Assembly: GCF_008831285.2 (NCBI RefSeq)
Contig: NC_045138.2
Span: 3,348,001 to 3,412,000, forward strand
Reading direction: 5' to 3'
From: Nymphaea colorata
Lineage: Eukaryota
Length of the DNA: 64,000 bases
Under the pieces are notes generated by a model, which did not search any database, was not told the DNA's origin, and saw only the letters and a program-made list of their open reading frames with translations. The translations under genes and the position numbers were made by a program. Below, piece after piece: positions 54,133-64,000 of this stretch; positions within the stretch are counted from its first letter, which is position 1; every line of letters begins with the position of its first letter.

Positions 54133-55156
54133 CTGCAACACATGTAGGACAACAATGTGATACAGAGACGAGTCAAAATTTGACTTACTTGCTACTTGCT
54201 AGCCTAAAAAGAAATTACTTTAATACAGAGCTAGAATCTTTCCCCACAAGTTGGGGGAAAAACCTGAGTAAAACATAGCAAAAAAAGAAGGATATCAGTA
54301 GTGTATGTAAAATCACAAGGAAATTTATTCAAACATACAAGTGTGTACCAAACCTCAAACTTGGATATCAAAGACAGAGTTCAGTAAAACAAGGCACCTC
54401 AAATGGGTGGGTCCATGTCCATGCCATCACCTGTCTGTAAACGAGGGCCTTTCGGGAAAAAAAATCTGACAAAATTTTTTATTTCTTGTGCTTCATAGCC
54501 ACTAAATATATTATTGAAGCTTCTGTTACACAATGATGATGAGTCACAGAATGTTTACCCTACATGAGGATTATATTGGCTTCACTTATTTATTTCTTTG
54601 GGAAGTACAATTTTTATTGCTATGTTGCTTGAGAAAGGGTCGCTACTTATGTAACTCTATCAATATCTTGAGGGACTGGTAATGTATCTTTGCTTTTTTT
54701 CACTTTAGCTACTATGCCTTTTTTTTACATTTAACCATCGAATAATTGACCATATTATTTCACAAAGAGAATAAGATGATCTTTTTTTCAAAGGCATGCT
54801 TAGTAACACTGCAGATAGCATGTACGCTCCAATATGTTTGAAATATGCAATTGATCAGCTAAATACATTTTGATCTTCCTTTGTTTCAATTTTATAGTTC
54901 TAGAAGCTCGAGAAAATAGATATGATATGTAATGCAATTTAATTTTTACCATTCTTTTGTTTTCTGCATTTTTTATTTTTGTTTTCTGTTTTAGTCAAGA
55001 ATGCCCTTGGACCAGGGCTTAGCAGACTATTAGGCAGGACGGATTCTCCAACAGCTAGCTCAACTGGCCTCCCTTTTGTACACGAGGGGACAACCCCCCT
55101 CAGGGCCCTATGCTTTCTGCAAAGCATTTCTAGTGAATAAAATAAATTTTAGTTTT

Positions 55157-55272
55157 TATCTGTTGAGCCTTTGTGCCTCGAGTGCTTAATTATTTTTTTA
55201 ACTGTTGAGCCTTTGTGCCTTGAGTGCTTAATTATTTTTTTATCTGTTGAGCCTTTGTGCCTTGAGTGCTTA
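55157..55272. repeat. About 43-bp tandem repeat, about 2.7 copies
   Basis: CTGTTGAGCCTTTGTGCCT(C/T)GAGTGCTTA occurs three times in tandem. Confidence 0.9.
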
Positions 55273-57348
55273 CTATTGTATCCAAGCCTTGTATTGTGGG
55301 TTGCTGGGTGCCTCTTTCACTGGACTTGTACATAGTAACTCATATAGGCTTCCAATAGCATACTTGGAAGAGTTATAGAAGACCTTGCTGTCTTTTTAAT
55401 CATGTAAAGCATGCCAGCCGAAGATCTTTCAAGTTTCCTGGTCAAGGAGTCTTTTCGTTGTTCTTCTTTCTAATTTGAAGCTCATATGACTGAAAAGGGT
55501 GCTTGCTTCTCTCTTGGCTTCAAGCTCCAGAATTCCAATTACTTTGTGCCGCCAGCAATTTACAACGTCATATCAAAGATCAAGAGTAACATCAAAGGCA
55601 CCATACTAAACTAGAGCCCAGGTTAACCAAGGTAGGATCAAGGAGAATTACGGATTAAACGTTTTGATGTGATGTAAAATACTTAAGTTTAGACTTTACT
55701 TTATTTTGCCAAAGTTGACAGTGAACAACTTCGCCTTAAACGTTTTGTTGTGATGTAAAATACTTTAAGTTTAGACTTTATTTTATTAATGTGTCGTTAC
55801 TTATGAACGATAAATCATGAATGCTCATTATGTGTGTAAGTTTTTTATATAAAACACATTCTTCTTTATTTTTCAAGATTTTTCTAAATTTTATCTATTT
55901 CTCCTGATTTTAAGTCATAAAAATAAATTTATGATACGCATATAGATCGGCCTGATGGATATGCGTTATGATATGCCTTTATAACATTGGTTAGAACCAC
56001 TCCCTCCCCGCACCCCCTCCCCCTCCCCCTCCTCCCTGCTTGTTTTTCCCAACCTAAAAACCATGGATTTCATCGCTTTTGAGGATTTGAAATCCATGGT
56101 CTTAAAATGTGAGGTTTGATAAAACCATGGATTTGTCAGCATATCCAACCATTGGATCTTGAATGCAGAGCTATCAATCAGCCTTAAGGAATATAGAAAA
56201 AAGAAAAGAAAATGAGTGGGAGACTATTTCACACAAACTTGTCTGGAAGGGCACCATACCTGTGTCGTTGGGGCTGGGAACAAGTGTAGGTGCTAGGCAT
56301 GGCTTGGACAAAGCAAATTGATATTTATTATTTTTTGGCCTACTTTAGCATTTGTGCTTATTAATTTATATTTCATGTGGGTATATGTGCTTGTTTGTTT
56401 ATGCATGTGCATGTGTGTATAGTTGTGCCCCTCACCCAAGTTTTTTTTAAAATGCTTCACCATTATTTACATCCATATCACCAACCATGTAACATAGGTG
56501 AGATGAGAATTTTCAATTTTTTTCATGGATATTTGAGAGCAAAACAAAGTTAAATGCAGATAAGGTCAAGAAGATAACAAAGAGAGGGAAGGTTCCAAAC
56601 CATGCTGCCTTTTCCCATTTATTTTGGTGATCATACCATTTAAGCAGTCAACAGCCATGCCGATTCTTCAAAAGAAATTATTGCAGTTCAACAACGAAAG
56701 CCAAGCACATGAGAGTACCTCAAGAGGGTGTATACCTCTAAGAACGTGTCTCATAAGTTTTATCCTTAAAACACGAGATATAACATCTGATAAGGAGATA
56801 TAGTTATAAGAAAGTAATTTACTAAATTATCATCCATAATTAAAAGAATACTTTTTCAATTTCATAAACGGGCATAGGCCTTAGTTTGAGAAAACAAATC
56901 TACTCCCATGTCCGCCCTCACTCCTCTGTCTCAAGAAGATACTATCACTAAGGTTAGTGGCCAGGAAACCTGCCATAACATGAAGCAAGAGACTATGTCT
57001 TGCCTGTTTTGTCGCCTAACATGTCATATAAAGGCTAGGGAACATAACAAATATCAAGGTCAAGGGAAAGATTATGGCAAGAGGAGGATCATATGCCATT
57101 TTAAAGTTGCAAGAGTCAAGTCTATCATAAAACCTCAACACCAAATTCAATAATTGGAGCTACGTCTGCCACGTAATTAATGGAAGCATTGCAACCACTT
57201 TTAAGCTAATATCTGAATATTTTGATTAAATCACTATAGATAATATTTTCATGAAAGGTACTATGGGAGAAGAACTTTTGGAGGGAAATGAATAAAAGAA
57301 GGTTGAACCTCTTATAGCAGCCATGGAAGATCCCATCCTTGGTGCCAC

Positions 57349-57704
57349 ATAAGTCACATTGATATGGGTATAATTCAGGTACGGGTACGGAGATATGGGT
57401 ACAGATATGGTAACTTTAAAATGTGGGTACAGGCCCACAGGGATTCGGCATGATATATATGTGCAAAATAACACACCAAAAACATCAAAATCAAAGCAAC
57501 ATTTAAATAAACAAGTGATATTAATAGAAACATTATATTTTAATGAAAAATAACTCCAAAACTGAGTTAGAAAAAACTAAATTGAGTAAAACAATGTAGT
57601 TTGGATCAGCTTTGAGCTAATCCCAAGTGTGTCCAAGTACCCACTTAGGTACGGGTATGGCAACACAGGTACATGAGCCTCACTGAAGTACCCATGTGAC
57701 TTAG
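57349..57704. mobile_element. hAT-type MITE
   Basis: TIRs ATAAGTCACAT / ATGTGACTTAG; TSD GGTGCCAC / GGTGCCTC (7/8); GGGTAC motifs as in 30509-31046. Confidence 0.75.
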
Positions 57705-58279
57705 GGTGCCTCCTTCAATAGACCAATAAAACCGTAACTTTGATTACTGGTCCAACCAGGGAATTGGAGTGTGTTGTGACCCTCATAGATGATGCCTCCT
57801 CCAATTAATGAAGACCTCACTGGAGCTGACTACCATATCAAGAGGAAGGGGTGATGAGAGAGCAGATAGCTTTAGAATGTTCAAAGAGTAAAGAAGTTGA
57901 AATAGAGTATGGTTGCCTTCCAAGCGAAGACTCGAGGATTGGTAGATCTTGGATCTGAAGTGGTGAGAACATGAAGCTTTAGTCCCTACCACAACTCATG
58001 AAGAATGTCGTGTTTATGGAGTGCAAATCACAAACGCTACTAGATCTTGCCTAATTGAAACTGCTCATGTCTCAAAGTAAGGAACACCCCTGTCATCAAC
58101 AGCTAAAACACAGCCATATAACCCCATAACAGAGATAACTCTATCTAACTGCTTTTGCCTCTAAAGCCAAACATCCTTCCAGTGCCACCTGTGGGGTCAC
58201 TATTAGCCACCACTATAGACAGACAGAGAGAGAGAGGGAGAGAGAGAACCTAAGGCCATTGCCAAGACAAAGGTGACCC

Positions 58280-58641
58280 TATAGTCACAAATATCGCATT
58301 TTATTAAAAAAAACGATAAATACGTTAAATATGACTCGGCCGAAAAAAATGTCAACAAAAACGCGCCTTTTCGACTTTCGTAAAAGATGCCAGAAAATAA
58401 AAAAGCGAAAAAAACACATTTTTTTTCTTGTTTCTTTTACTGCATGTTAGAATTTTTTTTTTTAAAGTGTTCAGCCAGATCATAAGTTTCTACTTTTTAA
58501 ATGTATTACAGAAGATAGGGAGATGATTAACCAGAAAATTAAGCGTAACAAAGAAGAGAGATAGCAGAAAGGTGCATGTAGTAATGGAGATTAATCATAT
58601 AATAACGAGATGGTTAACTAGAAAATTAAATGCAATAAAGA

Positions 58642-58675
<34 letters not shown>

Positions 58676-59050
58676 CCCAGCTGCTCCTCAATTAAGGAAA
58701 CCCTAATCCCATAACATTAACCCTTCGTTAACTCAGCTTTTATATCAGGTGGCTGAGTAAATTGGGCCTAGCATGAGAACCAACAAAATTGATTGCATCG
58801 TAATCCTATACATGGCTATTATTTACTTTTAATCTACTATTTTTCACCAACATGCTATCACGTTTATGATTTTATCTAATCACTTTTCAATGTTATATTA
58901 TTAATTTTTTATTTATTTTACCTTAAACTAATTTTTATGGTTTTCAATTTTTTAAAAAAATTTCCATATATTTTCTCGAGAAATAAAACTTTGCCATATT
59001 ATACCCAAGAAATAACTCACTGTATAATACCCATAAACAATAGTGACAAT
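58280..59050. mobile_element. Possible hAT-like non-autonomous element
   Basis: Ends TATAGTCACAAAT / ATAGTGACAATG form an imperfect inverted pair; no convincing TSD. Confidence 0.45.
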
Positions 59051-59060
59051 GCCCTACACT

Positions 59061-60668
59061 CTTAGTTGACCGAGCTGGGAGGGCGGACGATGAACAGAGC
59101 ACCGAGTCGTCCCTGGACTTGGATTTCTTATCTGACAACGACGTCCCGGCGGACCTGGAGGAGCTCCTCATGTCCCTCACCGGCGATCCCCTCACGGCAA
59201 AGATCGCCTGCGTGGTTTCGGATGCGGTTGACGAAGCGGCGGGGGTCGCCGACAGACGGCCGGCCTTGCGGAGATCGGTGATGATCTGGCTGATGGAGGC
59301 CGGCTTGAATGCGGGGATTTGCAAGGTCAAGTGGGATAAATCCGGCGGGTTGACGCCCGGCAGCTACGAGTACATCGACGTGCTGGTGGAGAGAGACGGG
59401 GATCATGAGCAGTGGAGGTACGTCGTCGACGTGGACTTCGCCGGTGAGTTCGAGATCGCTCGGCCGACGAAGCAGTACGACAGGATCCTGGCCGCCCTGC
59501 CCCGGGTCCTTGTCTCCCGACCGGAGGAACTCCGCCAGATCGTGGACTCCGTGTCTGAGGCCGCAAAGAAATCGATGAAGGCGAAGGGACTGGACCTTCC
59601 CCGTGGCGGAAGAGCCGCTACATGCAGGCCAAGTGGTTCGGCCCCTACCGGCGGACCGCTGTTAAGGCGTCGCCTAGGCGTGGACTAGTTGTTAGTCCAC
59701 ATCCCACACCTAAGTCCATCACTTAGGCATGGGGTGTGGGTTTAGCGTGTAGGTTGTTGCCTAGGCGCGCCTAGGTGTTAGATATCGGGTATGGGATCAA
59801 GGGTCAGGTCCACTGGACTGACCCGATAACATACTTAAATAGGGGGAACGGCCAGAAGGGAGGGTCATTGCAGCTGTAAGAGAGTTCTACCTCTGGGAGG
59901 AAGAAGCCCTAATCTGGGATTACGGCGTGGGTGTGTGTGTCATCGTGGGTTTCTTGTAAAAGGGACTGGTGAGTTAGCAGGGCCTAACACTAGGCTGGAC
60001 TAGTCGTGCAGACGCCTAGTCCATTTAGAAGTTTGGGTGACTTTAGCCTCTGATACTTTATTTGTTTTGCTTCCCAAGACCTGTTATCCCTTGAGTTTAG
60101 CATAATTTTATTGCAGAGAGTCTGATTTGACCCCATGGTTGCAAATTTTATGTTGAAAACAGAGAATTTTTACTATAAGTTATCTTAGAAAATTACAATT
60201 TGTGCAGAAATTAGATTGCTTGCAATGCATATCTTTTACCTGAATTAATTGAGATACGATTGTAGGTGTGATTTGAGTAATGCTAATGTATGCATTAGAC
60301 AGCTTAAGTCAAAGTCATGTAGGCGTCTTTTACAGTCTTCCAAATTTGTTCATATTCAGTTGCCATCCACTATAGGTCCACTTTAGAGCGCATAAATTTC
60401 AAAGTAGGTATTATTTTGGTTATTTTCTGTTTCATGTATATTGTTTAGAGGTCAATTTCAGTTCTACAATGAGAAGTCTATCATCTCGTTTAAATTCAAT
60501 GCATGAAACATTTTATTTAGCTGTTTTATAAGTTGATTTTGACTAATCCTAGCTTGTTAACACATAAAACATAAATCACATTATAGAATTAAAAATAACT
60601 AAGCAAAATTGCAACAATTTTTGGATGCCTTTTTAGGCTAGGCGCGCCTAGCCACCTTGACAACTAAG
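59061..60668. mobile_element. hAT-like element whose left TIR is split by a DUF506 gene fragment
   Basis: The left TIR reads CTTAGTTG (59061-59068), then the insert, then TTAAGGCGTC (from 59662). Right TIR GCCACCTTGACAACTAAG. Flanks CCTACACT / CCTACATA (6/8 TSD). An intact TIR of the same family is at 46992. Confidence 0.8.
59069..59661 (+). pseudogene. DUF506 (plant PDDEXK-like) gene fragment, truncated at both ends, frameshifted
   Basis: GC-rich island encoding GLNAGICKVKWDKSGGLTPGSYEYIDV...VVDVDFAGEFEIARPT...EAAKKSMKAKGLDLP, then after a 1-nt deletion near 59602 WRKSRYMQAKWFGPYRRT, the DUF506 C-terminal signature. Homology begins abruptly with no native N-terminus; an in-frame stop lies at 59044. 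Confidence 0.88.
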
Positions 60669-61063
60669 CCTACATAAGATATCCTCAAGTGCAGGGTTAG
60701 GCAGTCTTGCTAGTCTTCACCCCGTCCACCCTTAGATAAAGAGATACATATACAATGAAAAAATTTATTGAGCACTTAAATGTCGTTCTAAAAGCAACTT
60801 GAAACAACATATATGTGGTTCCAAACACTACCTAGAGGATCTGTTCCACAAGCCACTTTTTAAACTTTAACTAACATGTGAATTATTTATGGCTCTTAGA
60901 TTTGAGTCCTGCAGTTCATATGACCCCAAATAAAGATATTTTTTACCAAAAATGAAAATAGTATGTTTATGTCTCCTAGACCCCAACTATGGGTGTGACA
61001 TCACTTTTCATCAAATAAGATGTTCAATGCAATCTTGTTGGTCTAGGAAGTTGAATGGAGAAG

Positions 61064-62940
61064 TGATGCAATAAAAATTAAGATTAAGAAATCTTAATCC
61101 AACTGCATCCACAACTAAACTAAGACTAAACTAAAACTAAACTTAAACTAACAAAAAACTTAAGCAAAGATCAAACGAACAAGAAGAACAGAAAACTAAG
61201 AAAACTTGCATTTCATTTTTTTTCCACTGATTGACTGCAAAATGATCCAATGCCCCCTTATATAGAGAAAGGGATGGACTGCGGATCTGGATCCATTTAC
61301 AAATACTAAAAATTCTAATTGGGTCCAATTACAAAATTTTGGTTATGCTTTCATCTTGCATCAGACTCCCCTAGTTGGAGAAGGGCCGCCCTCGACGAGT
61401 TTAAATCTTTCATTCTGCCAAAATTATTCTTCACCTTAGAGAGGTTGAATAAGGTTTGGATCTGCTGAACAAAAAGGACCCATTGCTCCCCTAGTTGGTG
61501 GTCCGCACACTTCATCTAAAGATGTTCAAGGTGGTTGCTTAGGTGGTGGCTTCGGAGAAGGAACGCGAGCTTGGACTTGGTTCTGGAGCGACCCCGCACC
61601 GGATCCAGCTAAAGAAAGTGGAAGAAATGAGATTGGGTCCGGATCCAAATCCTTGAACCAGGAGACTGAGCGATACAGGTTCAAACCGGGTCCAAAACCT
61701 GGTTCCGCTTGAACCGGTCCCAAAAGGAACCGGCCCAAACCCTCGAGCGCAGCTAGAGTTCTCCCCCTTTCGTCTGAGCGAAAGAGGGGAAACCAGCGGC
61801 AGGGGGAGGGGCGCCCACCATCCCCACCCGTAATGATGGTGGGTGATCTGCGGTGGCGGGCTGCTCTCCCTCGGGCCACGCTCAGTAGTGGGGGGTAGGG
61901 CGATGGGCGGCGGCTGGTCGGACGGTGGCGCCACTAGATTTTTCTCCTCCGAAAATACAGAGCAGCCGACGACGTTCCTTGCTCCACCACCGACCGGCAA
62001 AGTCTGCCACACCTCTCCCTGCGCGCTGAAAGGACCCAAAGTCGACAGCGCTCCCATCGCCGGACATGGTGTCTTCATCTTCTCTCTGGTGGGCAGACCC
62101 ACGAAGGATGAGATTCCTGCTTGACGATAGGAGGAGGGCGCGACTTGTTCACCCCCTCCTCCAAGCGATAGCATGGGAGCTCCGGTGGAGATTCTTGGCG
62201 TCGGGTCTGCTACATACACCGGTAACAAAGCTCCAGCAGGAACACCTTCCCTCGGGATGTGTCTGGCTTTTTTTGCAGCAGGAAATGCCTGGTAGCTTTG
62301 TGTGTTAATTTGTGTCTGCTGCAGGAACAAGCATAGAATTTCTTTGATCTCATCTTTGAACTCATTCTTGAATTCAAGGAGCCTTTCGTCCATTCTCTTG
62401 CTTGCAGCAACAAGGTCTCGCCTGATGTGGGCGATCTCAATCCATGTTTTGCCAAAGTCTGTTGTACGTTTTCTTGATTTTTCTCTTCACACTGCATGAT
62501 TTTTGCAGGATTTTTTTCATTTACATTGGATGCAAACTCTGCAACTTGTTTTCCTGTAGCAGTAGAGCCTTTTGCCTTTTCCTTTTCCTTTGCTTCTTTT
62601 GTATCCATGGCACAATAGGGCAGGGACGAGCCTCGCTCTGATACTAATTTGATGCAATAAAAATTAAGATTAAGAAATCCTAATCCAACTTCATCCACAA
62701 CTAAACTAAGACTAAACTAAAACTAAACTTAAACTAACTAAAAACTCAAGCAAAGATCAAACGAACAAGAAGAACAGAAAACTTGCATTTCATTTCTTTT
62801 CCACTGATTGACTGCAAAATGATCCAATGCCCCCTTATATAGAGAAAGGGATGGACTGCGGATCTGGATCCATTTACAAATACTAAAAATTCTAATGGGG
62901 TCCAATTACAAAATTTTGGTTATGCTTTCATCTTGCATCA
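61064..62940 (-). mobile_element. Intact non-autonomous LTR retroelement (1.88 kb, TRIM-like, probably gypsy-derived)
   Basis: LTRs 61064-61363 and 62650-62940 (TGATG...CATCA); perfect 5-bp TSD AGAAG; minus-strand PBS-like TAGTATCAGAGC (tRNA-iMet type) next to the right LTR; PPT AGGGGGAG next to the left LTR; TATATAA in the LTR on the minus strand. Confidence 0.93.
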
Positions 62941-63048
62941 AGAAGGGTCTAGGAAAGGAGGTTCTTGCTACATGAATTTTTTCAGCATATTTTGAAGAGC
63001 ATTTTCTGTGGCGTGGCCTGATATGAAGTTATAAATGTTTGAGACAAA

Positions 63049-63460
63049 TAGGGCTGCTCAACGAGTCGAGCTAACTAGCACTCAACTCGAATTCGCTCAA
63101 TAAACTAGACTCGCGCTCGACTCGTTTAATAAACGAGTTGAGTTTAAGTGAAGAATGAACTCGACCACATAAACGAGTTGAGCTCAAGTTAAGCAAGCTC
63201 GGGTCGGTTAAACTCGAGTAAGCTCAAAACAGAAAATACATAACACAAAAGTTAGATGGTTCACATGGGTATGCACGCAACTGTGGGGTTCAATGTTGAA
63301 ATCACAATTTCGCCTCTTTCTTTAAAAACTCAATTTGATATTGAAATGCTCGATTTGGCTCGAGCCTAATCGACCCAAGTTGAAGTTTTAAGAGCTTGAG
63401 CCGAATCAAGTTCGAGCTAATGAAGTCGAACTCGGCTCAAGCTTGAGCCGACCTTGAGTT
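63049..63460. mobile_element. MITE rich in GAGCT/CTCGA motifs
   Basis: Starts TAGGGCTGCTCAACGAGTCGAGC with many CTCGAG/GAGCC motifs; related to 20860-21152. Confidence 0.6.
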
Positions 63461-64000
63461 TTTCTGAAGATACTCGAGCCGATTGTATTTACAAGAAGAA
63501 ACAAAATGATGTTCAAAATTCCTTGGAAAGAACTCCTCAAATCGATCAACCAAATCAACCTACAACTACAAGATTTGAAAGAGTAGCAAACTTCCTAGCA
63601 AATTCATCTCTATGCTTCCCTCTCTCCTCGGTTAAGGTTCCTTATAAATAACCAGCCTCAACTAAGCTAGAAAATGCTTCTCTCCCTTATGCAACCAAGT
63701 ACTAGAAGTTGTTGGGACAAAGATAAAATTGATAATGAAATTCTCCTACTTAACCCAACTCTCTCCGACAAGTTAGTTGGCTATCCAATGTAGTTGAGCA
63801 CCAGTAGGTCTGACAATGGACATGCACTACTTAGTGCAAGCTAGTTCCAACACGTGCACCTATATCAATTAATATTTAGGTAGTTCTCATACCACACGGT
63901 GCACCAAAAAGCTGACTAACGGGGAAATTTTTTCTTTCATTGTCTTCTTTAAATTTGATTGCAAAACAGAGATTCTAATTGGGAGCGGATCCAAATTTGA

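Noticed and set aside
59119..59688. Functional DUF506 gene
   Set aside because: No native N-terminus, a frameshift before the WRK...AKW motif, and the ORF tail is transposon sequence.
63490..64000. Possible further LTR fragment at the window end
   Set aside because: LTR-like composition, but no partner LTR, PBS or TSD is visible in the window.

Overview
Plant (angiosperm) nuclear DNA with intron-rich genes, many (TA)n/(GA)n microsatellites and dense non-autonomous transposons. Six genes were assembled by hand from exons: the 3' part of a DUF2062-type membrane protein (+), an ATL-type RING-H2 E3 ligase (+), a phytolongin (+, single coding exon), a divergent WHIRLY2-type ssDNA-binding protein (-, 8 exons, largely missed by the ORF track), a CLPTM1-family protein (+, 12 exons, one U12-type intron) and the 3' half of SGS3 (-). 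No upstream SGS3 exon was recognised in the window, so 54.1-64 kb is probably one very large intron. That region holds the most unusual structure: a GC-rich, frameshifted DUF506 gene fragment inserted inside the left terminal inverted repeat (TIR) of a hAT-like element, antisense to SGS3. It also holds a young 1.9-kb LTR element with a perfect target-site duplication (TSD) and no recognisable pol. A second hAT-like element, in WHY2 intron 7, encloses a 5'-truncated Ty1/copia remnant. Family assignments come from recalled protein motifs, not database searches.
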